A stretch of DNA of 64,000 nucleotides from Eledone cirrhosa. Its lineage: Eukaryota. This document shows, in pieces, positions 1 to 13,779 of the stretch. Within the stretch, counting starts at the first letter, position 1. Each line of letters begins with the position of its first letter. A program made the translations under genes and the position numbers. The notes below the pieces were generated by a model. That model was not told the DNA's origin. It made no database searches and was given only the letters and a program-made list of their open reading frames with translations. Where the stretch lies: contig OZ024761.1 of assembly GCA_964016885.1 (NCBI GenBank), forward strand, positions 14,074,001 to 14,138,000. Direction: 5' to 3'.

Positions 1-102
1 CTTACGGGGTTGATAAATTAAAGTACCAGTCACGCACTGGGGTCGATTTAATTGACTTTCCCCTCCCCTTCAAATTACTGGCCTTGTGCCCAAAGTAGAA
101 AT
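1..102 (+). mobile_element. 3' part of the abundant tRNA-derived SINE (cut by the window edge)
   Basis: cttacggggttgataaattaaagtaccagt...ggccttgtgcccaaagtagaa followed by an (att)n tail, as in other copies. Confidence 0.85.
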
Positions 103-844
103 TATTATTATTATCATTATTATTATTTGTATCATTATTATAATTGTTTCAGTAACTTCAGTAATGAAAAAATAAATTTCTAATAAAAAGAAAAAAATTA
201 AATTTCTACTAATTTTTATTAAAAGAAAAAAAGAAAAAGAACCTCATTTTTAAAGCACTAATTTTTTTTTTTTTTATGTTTGAAATTATTAAATTACTTT
301 TGTTGATGTTTGTCGCCATTCACAAATTATTGTTTTTTTTTTTTAATTAAGAAAATTCTTTATTTTCTCTTAATATTTCTTTATTCATAATTAAAATTTT
401 GTTAGGTTTTTTTTTTTTTCAACTTCAATCAATTTACAAAACATAATTTCACATTTCGTCTCTTTCTCTTTCCTTCTTTCTCTCACTCACTCACTCTCTC
501 TCTCTCTCACTCCCTCTTTCTCTATCCCATTCTTTCTCTCACTCACTCTCTCTTTATCTCACTTACTCCCTCTTTATCTGTCTCTCTCACTCAGCCCCTC
601 TTTATCTCTCTCTCTCTTGCTCTCTTTATCTCTCACTCACCCCCTCTTTATCTATCTCTGCCCCCTTCTCTACCATACACCATATCAACATAGTCATCAT
701 GTTTTTACTAACACTAGTTTCTTATTCATCACCACCACCACCACCACCACCACCACCATCCACCTTCATCATCACCACCACCACCACCACCATCCACCTT
801 CATCATCACCACCACCTCCACCACCATCATCATCACCATCATCC

Positions 845-1010
845 ACACCATCATCATCATCATCATCCTCGTTTAACGTCCATCTTCCACGCTAGCATGG
901 GTTAGATGGGAGTTGTCCCACTTGAGGTAAGATTGGTCGGGTGACCATGTCTCGCTCGTATAGGACCGTCTGGCAGGTTTTTTACGGCTGGAAGCCCTTC
1001 CTAACACCAA
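845..1010 (-). mobile_element. RTE-related non-autonomous retroposon 3' end with (GAT)n tail
   Basis: Reverse complement of the 7456-7694 family. Confidence 0.75.
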
Positions 1011-1189
1011 TTATCATTATTATCATCATCACCTTTGTCATCATCATTTTTATGACTTTCATTATCTCTACCATTCCTCCGTCCCTCTCCCATCTCTCCA
1101 TGTACCCCTCCAACACATCCCTCCACTCACTAGAGGTGAGTGTTTCAGGAGATGTTTATATATATATCCTTACATGACATGTCCATCCA

Positions 1190-2225
1190 TCTCTACATAT
1201 ATGTGGGTGGGTCTTTAGTTAAAGACCCTCCCCCTTCTTGTCCTACATGCATGTGGGAGGGTCTTTAGTTAGGAACCCTCCCCCTCTTCTACATATGTGG
1301 GAGTGCTTTAGTTAAGAACCCTCCCCCCTCTTGTCCTGCATGTTATGTGGGAGGGTTTTAGTTATGGACCCTCCCCCTCGTATCCTACATATATGTGGGA
1401 CGCTCTTTAGTTAAGGTCCTTCCCTTCTTCCTTTTGTCCTACATGCATGTGGGAGGGTCTTTAGTTATGGACCCTCCCCCTCGTATTCTACATATATGTG
1501 GGACGGTCTTTAGTTAAGGTCCTTCCCTTCCTCCTTTTGTCCTACATGCATGTAGGAGGGTCTTTAGTTATGGACCCTGCCCCTCGTATTCTACATATAT
1601 GTGGGACGGTCTTTAGTTAAGGTCCTTCCCTTCCTCCTTTTGTCCTACATGCATGTAGGAGGGTCTTTAGTTATGGACCCTGCCCCTCGTATCCTACATA
1701 TATGTGGGACGGTCTTTAGTTAAGGTCCTTCCCTTCCTCCTTTTGTCCTACATGCATGTGGGAGGGTCTTTAGTTAAGGACCCTCCCCCTCGTATTCTAC
1801 ATATATGTGGGACGCTCTTTAGTTAAGAACCCTTCCTCTTCTACATGTATGTGGGAGGGTTTTTTGTTAAGAACCCTCCCTTTCCCCTTTTATCCTACAT
1901 GTATGTGGGAGGGTCTTTAGTTAAGAACCCTCCCCCCTCTTCTACATATGTGGGAGGGTCTTTTGTTAAGAACCCTCCTCCCTCTTCTACATATGTGGGA
2001 GGGTCTTTTGTTAAGAACCCTCCTCCCTCTTCTACATATGTGGGAGGGTCTTTTGTTAAGAACCCTCCTCCCTCTTCTACATATGTGGGAGGGTCTTTTG
2101 TTAAGAACCCTCCCTTCCCCCTCTTCTACATGTTATGTGGGAGGGTCTTCTGTTAAGAACCTTCCCTTCCTTCTCTTCTACATGGATGTGGGAGGGTCTT
2201 TAGTTAAGGACCCTCCCTTTCCCCT
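1190..2225. repeat. Minisatellite, ~42-48 bp unit tacatatgtgggagggtcttttgttaagaaccctcctccctcttc with an internal hairpin
   Basis: About 20 visible tandem units; ggagggtctt/aagaaccctcc are near-complementary within each unit. Confidence 0.92.
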
Positions 2226-2423
2226 CCCTCCAGCTTTTATTATCACTGGTCAGTTTCTAGTGACCGATACACACACACCGATATTAATACTCTCTACAAT
2301 CATTACCCCCCCCCCCCCCCCCCCGTCTCTTTCTCACCCTCTCATCTTCATCACCCAAAATATTCTCCTCAGCTTTCTATAACATATATAGTATATATAT
2401 TCTTTTACATGACATAAATATGC

Positions 2424-3850
<1,427 letters not shown>

Positions 3851-4202
3851 TGTTCCAAAGAAAAAAAGGTATCAGTGACTCTGAAATGTTGGTAACAGCA
3901 TCTCTTCAAACGTCCACGTCATTTCCACCTTTTATATGTTCTTTTTTAAAACAAAATCTATCTTGGTTTCCCTCCCATCATTTTTTTCCTTGTATGCATA
4001 TGTGCATGTGTATATATTTGTGCATGTATGTATTTGTGTATATATATATATATATATATATTAAAGAGTTAAACAAGATTCAATGAGTACATCAAAGAAT
4101 GAGTTTTACAATAGATTGGAAGCACTCTACAGTAAATATTTTCCAGAGTTATCAATATTTAATTCAAATATTAACAAAATAGATATTCTTTTGATCAATT
4201 AA

Positions 4203-4268
4203 ATTTCATTATACATATTTCAGAGGTACTTGAATCAGGTTCAACAGTACGTCCTCATCAGATAAAAT
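4203..4268 (-). ncRNA. Type I hammerhead ribozyme (family A), in the left inverted pLTR
   Basis: Minus strand: attttat CTGATGA [ggacgtac..ttgaa/ttcaa gtacctct] GAAA tatgta TA atgaaat. Confidence 0.75.
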
Positions 4269-4504
4269 AAAATGATACATGACGTACTCTGACATGTTAG
4301 ATGGTTAAGATGTAATCAAGGTAGTGATTTACTTAAGAGAAAACTCAATATTTATACCCTAATAATGAGAACATGCGAAAACGTAATAGAATCAATAGAG
4401 AGGGTGTGAGTAAGAGAAACATTGCTTTAATGTAACAGTTATAGAGTTTTTAAAGTCTGGAATACTACTGTAGGACTAATCTAGCATTCTGTAGCAGTAA
4501 GAAC

Positions 4505-5160
4505 ACCAATAGCAAACCTATTCTTTAAAGCTTTGGACAGCTCTTTCCCTAGTCAACATAAATACCATTCTATTTTTAATAGACACTATTAAATTATCTT
4601 ATTCTACAACTATGAATATGGCCCAAAACATTGCTAAAATAAACAGTAAAATTCTAAAGCAGAATCAGCATAATGATTTTAATAATAGTGTTAATATAAA
4701 TAATAATAAATTAAAATGTAATTGTAGAAATAAACCTGATTGCCCTCTGCAAAATAATTGTTTGGACAGTAATTTGGTGTATAAATGCACCGTAAAAACT
4801 GATAACAACACATACAACTACATAGGAGCGACTTCCTCTACATTTAAGGCTAGATTTGCGAATCATAAATGCTCATTTTCGAATTCTAATAGGAAATCAT
4901 CGATTTCTTTATCACAGCTTATATGGTCATTAAAAGACAAAAATTTAAAATACTCGATCTTTTGGACAAAACTTTGTAATAGTGGAGTTTATCTCAACTC
5001 AAGTATATCAAGTAACTGCGCTCTCTGTAAAATGGAGACCCTATTGATAATTAATAATTATGAAAACTTAATTAACAAAAAAAGTGAATTATTCTCAAAC
5101 CGCCTTCATAAAGCTTTGTCTACATTCCAAGCTTCCCATAAGGTCAGGAAAAAACAGTAA
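4505..5160 (+). pseudogene. PLE RT-thumb/linker plus GIY-YIG endonuclease, frameshifted near 4585
   Basis: FPSQHKYHSIFNRH/IKLSYS..., CNCRNKPDCPLQNNCL, LVYKC...NYIGATSSTFKARFANHKCSF, LSQLIWSLK and CALCKME are typical of the PLE endonuclease region. Confidence 0.88.
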
Positions 5161-5554
5161 GCAACCAAGCCTGGTTTTTAGACATACATCATCAACTGTT
5201 GAAAATATAAATCATAATGGCTTATAAAACTTTAATAATGCTTTATCTTCTAATCATTTATAATGGAAATAATGTTTGAATGAATGACACTTGTTTAATA
5301 ACATGTTGGCAGGTTGATATACATAACCTATGGCTCTTTGGATATTATTAACTTTGATCGAGACCTCTATTTTTCTATCTCTGTTTTAAATATAGTTTAG
5401 ATATCTAACCTGTAAATTTTTATGGACCTTAATTTGAACTGTGGATCATTCAAGTGTTTACATTTTTATATATATGTATGTATTTTATAGTTATGCATGT
5501 ATGAATCTATTATCAAAGATTATAATCGTTATCCTTTACTAAATGTATACTGTC

Positions 5555-5780
5555 TCATTAATACTTAGTATATCTCTCTATATGTAGTTTGTGCAAATAT
5601 GTTTATATTATATAATAACATAATCATAACTATAGTTCGGTATATCTCTGTATAAAGTTTTGTGCAAATATGTTTATAATGTATAATAACATAATCATAA
5701 TTATAGTTCGGTATAACTCTATATATAGTTTGTGCAAATATATTTATATTGTATAATAACATAATCATAATTAGAGTTCG
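5555..5780. repeat. ~70-bp tandem repeat (3 copies) inside the PLE 3' region
   Basis: gtttgtgcaaatatgtttata...taacataatcataa..tagttcgg repeated. Confidence 0.85.
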
Positions 5781-6609
5781 GTCTTCCCTAGAAGGTAGAA
5801 CTAATGTAGTGATTTAATATAATATATGAACAAATAATAAAAAATAATAATTTATAGTCCTCTTATTATGATCAATGCACACATATATATATATAGTTGA
5901 AAACTCTGGTTTAATTATTATACTTTAGACACTATAACTATTTAACAATAAATTCCTTGATAGTTATAACAGTAAATACTTCATAAACTATACATACGGA
6001 AAATGTTGACACTGTTACAATTAATTTTGTTAAAGATTACCTTTGTGCGAATATTGAACAGTATATATTCTTCTTTCGTGGGCCTAGTAAATCCTTTAAA
6101 TTTGTTTTCATAAAACTTTGAATTTTAGAAATTTAACACGTTTATAAAATTCATAAAATTTATAAAATTAATACAAATAACCATCAACTTTTAAACCTAA
6201 AATTTTGATTCTTTACCCTAAAATAACAAATTAAATATTTTGAAATTTAACTGCCAAGGCTATACATGTTTATATGTGTCTGAAGAAAATTTGTGCATAA
6301 ATTACTCCCCTTTATCTCTCCCTCTCTTTAATTATCTATGAGTTGCATTCTCAAGCTAAAAACTAAAAAAAATTATAACTCCAGATACGTCTTCCTCTAT
6401 AGTCCTACAGTGGTATCCCAGACTTTAAAAACTCTATAACTGTTACATTAAAGCAATGTTTCTCTTACTCACATCCTCTCTATTGATTCTATTACGTTTT
6501 CGCATGTTCTCATTATTAGGATATAAATATTGAGTTTTCTCTTAAGTAAATCACTACCTTGATTACATCTTAACCATCTAACATGTCAGAGTATGTCATG
6601 TATAATTTT

Positions 6610-6675
6610 ATTTTATCTGATGAGGACGTACTGTTGAACCTGATTCAAGTACCTCTGAAATATGTATAATAAAAT
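6610..6675 (+). ncRNA. Type I hammerhead ribozyme (family A), in the right pLTR; predicted cleavage after 6668
   Basis: attttat CTGATGA (6617-6623), stem II, GAAA (6657-6660), tatgta TA, ataaaat; 7-bp stem I. Confidence 0.8.
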
Positions 6676-6717
6676 TTAATTGATCAAAAGAATATCTATT
6701 TTGTTAATATTTGAATT

Positions 6718-6771
<54 letters not shown>

Positions 6772-6884
6772 TATATATATATAAATAAATGAAGTATTTC
6801 CGTCAGAAAGGTACAGGAAAAAAGAGTGCGCTATGTAGGCTACAGTGCTTATTAGTTAAGTAATAAACAACATAAGATAATTAT

Positions 6885-6945
6885 TTCATTTACCAGTGGT
6901 TTCTTGAAGACAGATGTTGTGTCTGTCTTCAGTCGTCAGATTTAA
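6885..6945 (-). ncRNA. Hammerhead core (family B), left arm of fold-back; stem I degenerate
   Basis: Minus strand: CTGACGA c tgaagacaga/tctgtcttca a GAAA ccactgg TA aatgaa. Confidence 0.55.
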
Positions 6946-6965
6946 TAAAAATACCATGTTTTTTA

Positions 6966-7020
6966 TTCATTCTGACGACTGAAGACACACAATATCTTCA
7001 AGAAACCACTGGTAAATGAA
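6966..7020 (+). ncRNA. Type I hammerhead ribozyme (family B); predicted GUA cleavage after 7014
   Basis: ttcatt CTGACGA c tgaaga-loop-tcttca a GAAA ccactgg TA aatgaa; stems I and II pair, stem III is near-palindromic. Confidence 0.8.
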
Positions 7021-7411
7021 ATAATTATCTTATGTTGTTTATTACTTAACTATATATATATATATATATATATGTGGTTGTGCATGTGTATGTGCATATA
7101 TATATATGCATATATATGGATTGCCTAGTTTCACACTTCCTTGCTGAAAGACATCCCGATCCCATTTAACAACACTTAGATGCACCTGCTCATCCAACAT
7201 ACCAATTCTTTCGTTAGTCGTAGAATATAAGAAGGAATCGGGATAATATTCAACCACTCTCAGACGTGAATCCACATGTTAAAACATATATCTGAGCAGC
7301 TTCCGATTCCAGAGTCAGATTCGATCATTAATAGACCGTACCTCGAGCTGATAGACAGTGAAACATATGTAATATGATGCAACACTGATTCCTTGTTCCC
7401 TTATATATTAA

Positions 7412-7455
<44 letters not shown>

Positions 7456-7458
<3 letters not shown>

Positions 7459-7694
7459 ACGACAAAAAACACAGTCCACGCTGTAATGTGGCCATGTAGG
7501 CAACACGGTAAAAACCTCCCAGTCCACACTGTAAACGTGGTTGGTGTTAGGAAGGGCATCCAGCCGTAGAAAACCCACCAGACAGTCCTATGCGAGCAAG
7601 ACAACCACTCTTGCCTCAAGTGGGAAAATTCCCGTCCAAACCCATGCAAGCGTGAAAGATGGACGTTAAACGATGATGATGATGATGATGATGA
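7456..7694 (+). mobile_element. RTE-related non-autonomous retroposon/SINE tail ending in (GAT)n; unedited reference for 50521-50696
   Basis: ggttggtgttaggaagggcatccagccgtagaaa...cccatgcaagcgtgaaagatggacgttaaacgatgatgat. Further copies at ~845, 18580, 18795, 22315, 27113, 28067 and 50521. Confidence 0.8.
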
Positions 7695-7908
7695 TATATA
7701 TATATGTAGAAATGAGTTGTGACGTCAGTGGTGCCAAGCTGTATCGGCCATTGCCTTCCCCCTGGACAACATCGGTGGCATGGAGAGGGGAGACTGGTAT
7801 GCATGAATGACTGCTGGTCTTCCAAAAATAACCTTGCCCGGACTTGTGCCTCAGAGGGGAATTTTCTAGGCGAAAATCCCATGGTCATTTGTGACAGAAG
7901 GGGGTCCT

Positions 7909-7961
<53 letters not shown>

Positions 7962-8084
7962 GTATATATATATCAACATCATCATCCTTTAACATCTATC
8001 TTCCATGCTAGCATGGGTTTAGACGGATATATATATATATATCATCATCATTTCATTTTACGTCCGCTTTACCCTACTTGCATA

Positions 8085-8706
8085 TATGGTGGCTGCCAAC
8101 TCGTTTTCGAGTACGGCCACTACTTTATATCCATGTAGGAGAACCCCTACCGAAGCGCTGAACGAGTGTGACTTTTTAGTCCAGCCAGCGACTTGAAAAC
8201 TCTGGTACAAACACTACACTTGTGACCATTATTGACACATAGTGCTGGGCCCATGGCACCATGTGAGGACAAGTGCAGAGAGATCTCCAGATATAAAGCA
8301 ATGCCTGTGCCGTGAAGCTTTTATAGTGAGCAAAGGCACTGCACAAAGCCAGTCCCACTCTCTTAACCAAGATGATATTTACCAAAAAGAAGAACAAGTC
8401 AACATCATTGGATACCATCAGGGTTGCAGGTGTTATATCAGAGTTTTCCTTCTCCTAGAATTCTGCCTTGACAAAGGCTAAGTGGGTCATCTCTCCCGGT
8501 GATTTTGGATGGCCATTGACTCTTAAGAGCTCCTTTGCCCTTTGACAGGTTTTGTTTTTAGTCCTGCAGGATGTCCAAAGTCACCCTCCTCACCAAGAAA
8601 CCTTGGTGGGGTTGCCAGTTTAGTCGTCAACGACCCGACCATGAGACAGGTTGTACTGGGATACATGTTACCAGTAGCACCAACTGGTGACCTGACATAA
8701 ACTTGC
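8085..8706 (-). mobile_element. Non-autonomous bipartite RTE-like element (~620 bp), longest copy
   Basis: Near-identical to + strand copies at 37845, 48186, 51164 and 55767. Has a C-terminal C2H2 remnant ([20 protein letters not shown]) and a 3' stem-loop ctcgaaaacgag. Confidence 0.8.
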
Positions 8707-8841
8707 ATATATATATATATATATATATATATGAGTGTGTGTGTGTTAGGTAATTCCGAAGGAAAAGCAAAGGAAAAAAGAGTGCTCTATGTATAGGACA
8801 GAGCTATTTAATTAGAAAGTGAACAACACAAAATATAACTA

Positions 8842-8909
8842 CTCCATTACCAAAGGTTTCTGGATCACAGACAATAATAATATACGTCTGGGTCGGTCGT
8901 CAGACAGAG
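8842..8909 (-). ncRNA. Diverged type I hammerhead (family B)
   Basis: Minus strand: ctctgt CTGACGA ...cagac/gtctg... GAAA cctttgg TA atggag. The flank 8750-8840 resembles 6790-6880. Confidence 0.55.
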
Positions 8910-9588
8910 ATGTTACCACTTGGAACAGCATTAATGCCCTCATATTCATTCAAGATGAGGCCCCTAATTTTGCATGTACTGTCTGCATGTGGCTTGATGT
9001 CCAGTTCCCAGGAGGTTATCGAGGTCCACATGAATGGCCAGCAAGAAGCTCTGACTTAATGCCATGTGATTCTTTTCCTGTGGGGGTGGGCGAAGGAAAT
9101 AGTTTATAGCTCAAAACCCAAAACTCTGACTCAACTGGAGGAACCCATTCCTTATGTACTGACCAACATACTGACCAACATACTGCCTGAGTTCCTGATG
9201 AAGTCAGTCAAGGATATACCCAGACAATTACAAACACTGGTAGACAACACTGGGGGCCTATATAGCATTTTAACATTGTACAATACTTCTACCATTATAC
9301 TGTTCAAATGGCGGTGGATTGGCAGTATCGGTAGAGGGTCGAACGCCATGCTTTGACGCATAGAATTACGGCCCTTGCCATTCTGAGTTCAAATCCCACC
9401 GAGGTTAACTTTGCCTTTCCTCCTTACGGCGTCGATAAAATAAAGTACCAGTAATACACTGGGTAATTGCTAGCCTTGTGTCTAAAGTAGAAACAATTAC
9501 ACTGTTCAAAATAAAACGTTTTATGAAAATCGACCATTACTAAATAAAGATAATTTTAAATAAGGAGTTTCCTTACATCCACCCTGTA
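8910..9588 (+). pseudogene. Tc1/mariner-superfamily transposase C-terminal relic (rosa/DD41D-like), interrupted by a SINE
   Basis: LIFIQDEAP..WLDVQFPG..WPARSSDLMPCD/FLWGWAKEIVYSSKPKTLTQLEE, frameshifted; TIR-like end ccaccctgTA. Confidence 0.75.
9309..9497 (+). mobile_element. tRNA-derived SINE with target-site duplication actgttcaaa (9299-9308 and 9501-9510)
   Basis: A box tggcagtatcgg, B box gagttcaaatcc, body ctttgcctttc..gtcgataaaataaagtaccagt. Confidence 0.9.
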
Positions 9589-10373
9589 TGTATGCATATA
9601 TATATGAGAAGATAATGGAGTTTTCACTTTATGTTGGTAAAATTGTATTTGTGTGGAATGATTATGTAAAGAACAGTTTACCAGATATTTTTTCTCAACA
9701 TGGTTAATGCTGTTATGTAATATAAATTTCCAGATGTTAAATCTTCGAGTATGGTACAAGGTTCCAAAAATTCAGAGTAAATTAGTATAAAATATTGTAT
9801 TAAGAAAAACAAGCAAGGAGGGAGGAGAAATTTGAAGAGACATTTATTTCATTAAATAATCTAACGTGTTTCATTACTGATTACATAATCATCTACGGGA
9901 TATTTACCTACATACACATACCATTATATATATATGTTGTTGTTGCTATTTTATGAATAATCTCTTTGTTTTTACTTGTATTTTATTGTGTTTTTTTGTG
10001 GGGGACGGGGATTTTCTTTTCTTTTTTAATTCTGCTTCATTTAATCTCCCTCTCTCTGTCTTGACCCTCCCTTTTTGTCCAGTGGTGACCGCTAGATATG
10101 TGAAGAAGTACCAAAAATTACATGCCACACTATACCCTACCTTTCTTTCACAGTCTCCCAAACCCCACCCCACCACCTTTTATTATTATTTTTTTTTATT
10201 AGTCAGTCCTCGAAAAACATAAAACAAATTTCTTCTCTTTCCCAATTGATATCTTCTTTATCCATTTGTCTATCTTTCTATCTGTCTATCTATTTATCTT
10301 TCTGTCTCAGTATCGCCACCCCCTCTCTCTCTCTATTATATATAAATATATATATATACATATATAATACATA

Positions 10374-10427
<54 letters not shown>

Positions 10428-10433
10428 CATACA

Positions 10434-10483
<50 letters not shown>

Positions 10484-10532
10484 CATACATGTACATATAT
10501 ATATATACATATATAATATATAAAGTGATATA

Positions 10533-11429
10533 TGCGGTGTGTCAGAAAAGTTCCAGGACTGATGTCACAAAAGATTTATTTCAAACCCAAACTTCACACT
10601 AAGAGTTTTCTCCTTCAAAGTAATCCCCCTGGAGTCTAATGCACTTTTCCATCCTTTTCTGCCATGCTTGCATGCACTTCTGGAAGGATTCTTCCAGGAT
10701 CCTCTGCAGTTCCGTCGTCACGGCCTTTTTGATGTCGTCCATGTCTTCAAAACGAGTCCCTCCAGGTCTTACTCGAAGATCCATGACTCATCATCGGTGA
10801 TGACTGTCCCTAGCAAGTCTGGTTTGGTTTCAAGACACTGGAGGATGTCCTGGCACACTTGCATGCGTCGACCCTTCTGGTCATCGTTCAACAGTTTTGG
10901 CACCATCTTCGCGCAGATTCTCCGCATGTCCAAATCTTCAGTGAGAATCTTCCAGAAGCTGTCTCGATTCTTGCCCAGCTCATTTGCCATCAGTCGAACA
11001 GTCAGCCGATGATCGCTACGCACCATCTGCCTGACACGCTCAACGTTAACCTCAGTCCTGGTTGTTGAGGGCCTTCCGCTCGTGGGGTCATCTTCCATGT
11101 CCTCGCATCCTTCTTTAAACCTCTTGCACCACTCAAAAACACGTGAGCGTGACATCGTCTAATCTCCATACACTTGCTGCAGCAATCCCAGTGCTTCTGA
11201 CGGAGTTTTCAAGTTTGTTCGTTGCTCTGTGCTCATTGTTTGACGACCTGAAACAGAGGACATGTATATAAAATTATGAAGAAAAAAGTTTGATTGCTGC
11301 AGAGAGCTAAGATTACAGTTACATACTCCAGGGGGATTACTTTGAAGGAGAAAACTCTTAGTGTGAAGTTTGGGTTTGAAATAAATCTTTTTGTGACATC
11401 AGTCCTGTAACCTTTCTGACACACCTTCA
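10533..11429 (-). mobile_element. Internally deleted mariner element with ~100-bp inverted ends
   Basis: Transposase pieces MSRSRVFEWCKRFKEG..DDPTSGRPST..MVPKLL..VITDDESWIFE (11155-10769) and GTRFEDMDDIK..QGDYFEG (10760-10599). 10537-10635 is the reverse complement of ~11325-11425; TA on the left. Confidence 0.9.
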
Positions 11430-12856
11430 GTCTCACAGACTCTCTTGCTAACATACTCTCTGTCTCTTTCTCTTTCTGACACACACATACACACACAAGG
11501 AAAACAAACATTTCCCTTAAGCCCTCCCCTTCTCCCCTCTCCTCTCCACTGCCATCATACACCACACATTGGCTTCTGATCACACACAGACACACACCAA
11601 CTCGTATCTTCATCATATATATTGCTGCTGTTGTTGTTGTATGATATATAATATACTCTTCCCTTTTGACAGCTTATGTGTTGTAAGTATAACAATTGCT
11701 CGCACTGTGGCCATCTGGTTTCTAGTTTTGCTTCCAAACTTCATCAGTCACTCACCATTCTAAACATACACACACATGCAGACCGACACACACATGCAGA
11801 CCGACACACACACACACACAAATACATACATACACATACTCATGTTATATACACACTTGTTTTATTCATTCTTTGTAGTGTTTGTGTTTAGATAACTTGT
11901 TTCCTTTCATGTGTATGTATGTATGTATGTGTGTGTGTGTGTGTGTGTATGTACATTTATGTGTGAGTGTTTGTGTGTGTATGTATATATATATGTATGT
12001 GCATATATGTATATATGCATATGTATGTAGATATATGTATATATACATATATATGTATATATGAATATATATGCATATATATGTAAATATGCATATATAT
12101 GTATATATGCATATATATGTATATATGTATATATATATGTATATATATATATATGTATATATATGTATATATATATATGTATATATATAATTATATATAT
12201 GTATATATATATGTATATATATATATAAATAAATATGTTTTGTTTGTATCAAAGTTTGTGTGTGTTTATGCGTGTACTGTATATGTGAGTTGAAGTTTAT
12301 TTTGTGTGTTTGTAAAGAATCTGGCAGTGTTTGAGTATGTCCGTGAGATGTGTGGATTTGTATGTATGAGTGTATGGTTAAATGTTAAATGTGTATGTAT
12401 GTTGAAGTTTCTATTATACCAGGGTGAGCATAAAGTCTTTCCACACTAAGCTTTTTGTTTTAAAGATGTCATTTTCTTACTGAAAATTTCAACTACTTCC
12501 TGTAGAAGAGAAAATTTCAACTACTTCCTGTAGAGAAAATGCAAAACATGATCAGAAAAACCTTAAGCTTGAAATTTATAAATTAAAACAAATAGTATTT
12601 GAGATATGATATTTTGTAATCAGAGAAAGATCTTATGTTCACCCTGTATGTATATATACATACATATATATTTATATATATATATATATATATGTATGGC
12701 AGCGATAATGAGGGACAGAGACCACTGGAGAGAACTCGTCCATGGATCTCGGGGAATTTTACCTGCCCTAGATATAGAGATGTATATATGTATATATGTG
12801 TATATTTAAATATATATATATGTGTATATATATATATATATGTGTATATATATATA

Positions 12857-12920
<64 letters not shown>

Positions 12921-13044
12921 TATATGTGTGTATATATATATATATGTGTATATATATATATATATGTGTATATATATGTATATATATATATATATATATG
13001 TGTATATATATATGTATATATATGTATATATATATATATATGTG

Positions 13045-13095
<51 letters not shown>

Positions 13096-13193
13096 ATATA
13101 TATATATATATATGTGTGTATATATATATATATGTGTGTGTGTGTGTTTTGCGAAGTTTTTGATAGGAAATCGTGTGTTGAAAAAAATATTGT

Positions 13194-13381
13194 TATACTT
13201 GGGGAGGGTCATATTGTTATAATATTGCCAGAAATAATAATAAAAGACACTCACTGTTTGGTTTGGATTGGTTTTGAAGATATAAAAGATACAGAAGCAA
13301 AAACCAATCCAAACCAAACAGTGAGTGTGTTTTATTATTATTTCTGGCAATATTATGACAATATGACCCTCCCCAAATATA
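13194..13381. repeat. Fold-back element, ~80-bp arms; same family as 19721-19892 and 36267-36564
   Basis: ggggagggtcatattg...ggattggtttt and its reverse complement. Confidence 0.85.
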
Positions 13382-13383
13382 CA

Positions 13384-13443
<60 letters not shown>

Positions 13444-13468
13444 TGTATGCATGTGTGTGTGTTTGTGT

Positions 13469-13504
<36 letters not shown>

Positions 13505-13545
13505 GTGTGCGTGTGTGTGTGTGTGTATGTATGTGTGTGTATGCA

Positions 13546-13589
<44 letters not shown>

Positions 13590-13682
13590 TGTATGTGTGT
13601 GCATGTGTGTGTGTGTGTGTGTGTATATATACAAATGTTATTGTGTTTCGACTGTTTCCTAATTTTTCCTCTGTTGTTACAG

Positions 13683-13756
13683 CTGGCCGTACTACAACTA
13701 ATGAAGAACTAGAAGACATGTTAGAATCTGGAAATCCAGCCATTTTCACACAAGGG
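13683..13756 (+). CDS. STX1A: Syntaxin-1 internal exon (linker: [T][24 protein letters not shown]), 74 nt, starts in phase 1
   Basis: Translation matches the syntaxin-1 linker. Acceptor is tttttcctctgttgttacAG; the only in-frame donor is GGG|GCAAGT (GC donor). Confidence 0.93.
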
Positions 13757-13779
13757 GCAAGTATTATTATGACTATCAA

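Larger units (their letters stand above)
4062..6719 (+). mobile_element. 5'-truncated Penelope-like retroelement with inverted pseudo-LTRs (4160-4478 vs 6409-6719)
   Basis: ~320-bp inverted repeat, GIY-YIG endonuclease remnant, a hammerhead in each repeat, flanked by (TA)n. Confidence 0.88.

Noticed and set aside
11673-11682. Possible 10-nt microexon (ccttttgacAG CTTATGTGTT GTAAGT)
   Set aside because: Not frame-preserving and no similarity to syntaxin; cannot be supported without RNA data.
11703-11753. Minus-strand CTGATGA agtttg..caaaact a GAAA ccagatgg
   Set aside because: No U at position 16.1 and no stem I; chance match or dead relic.
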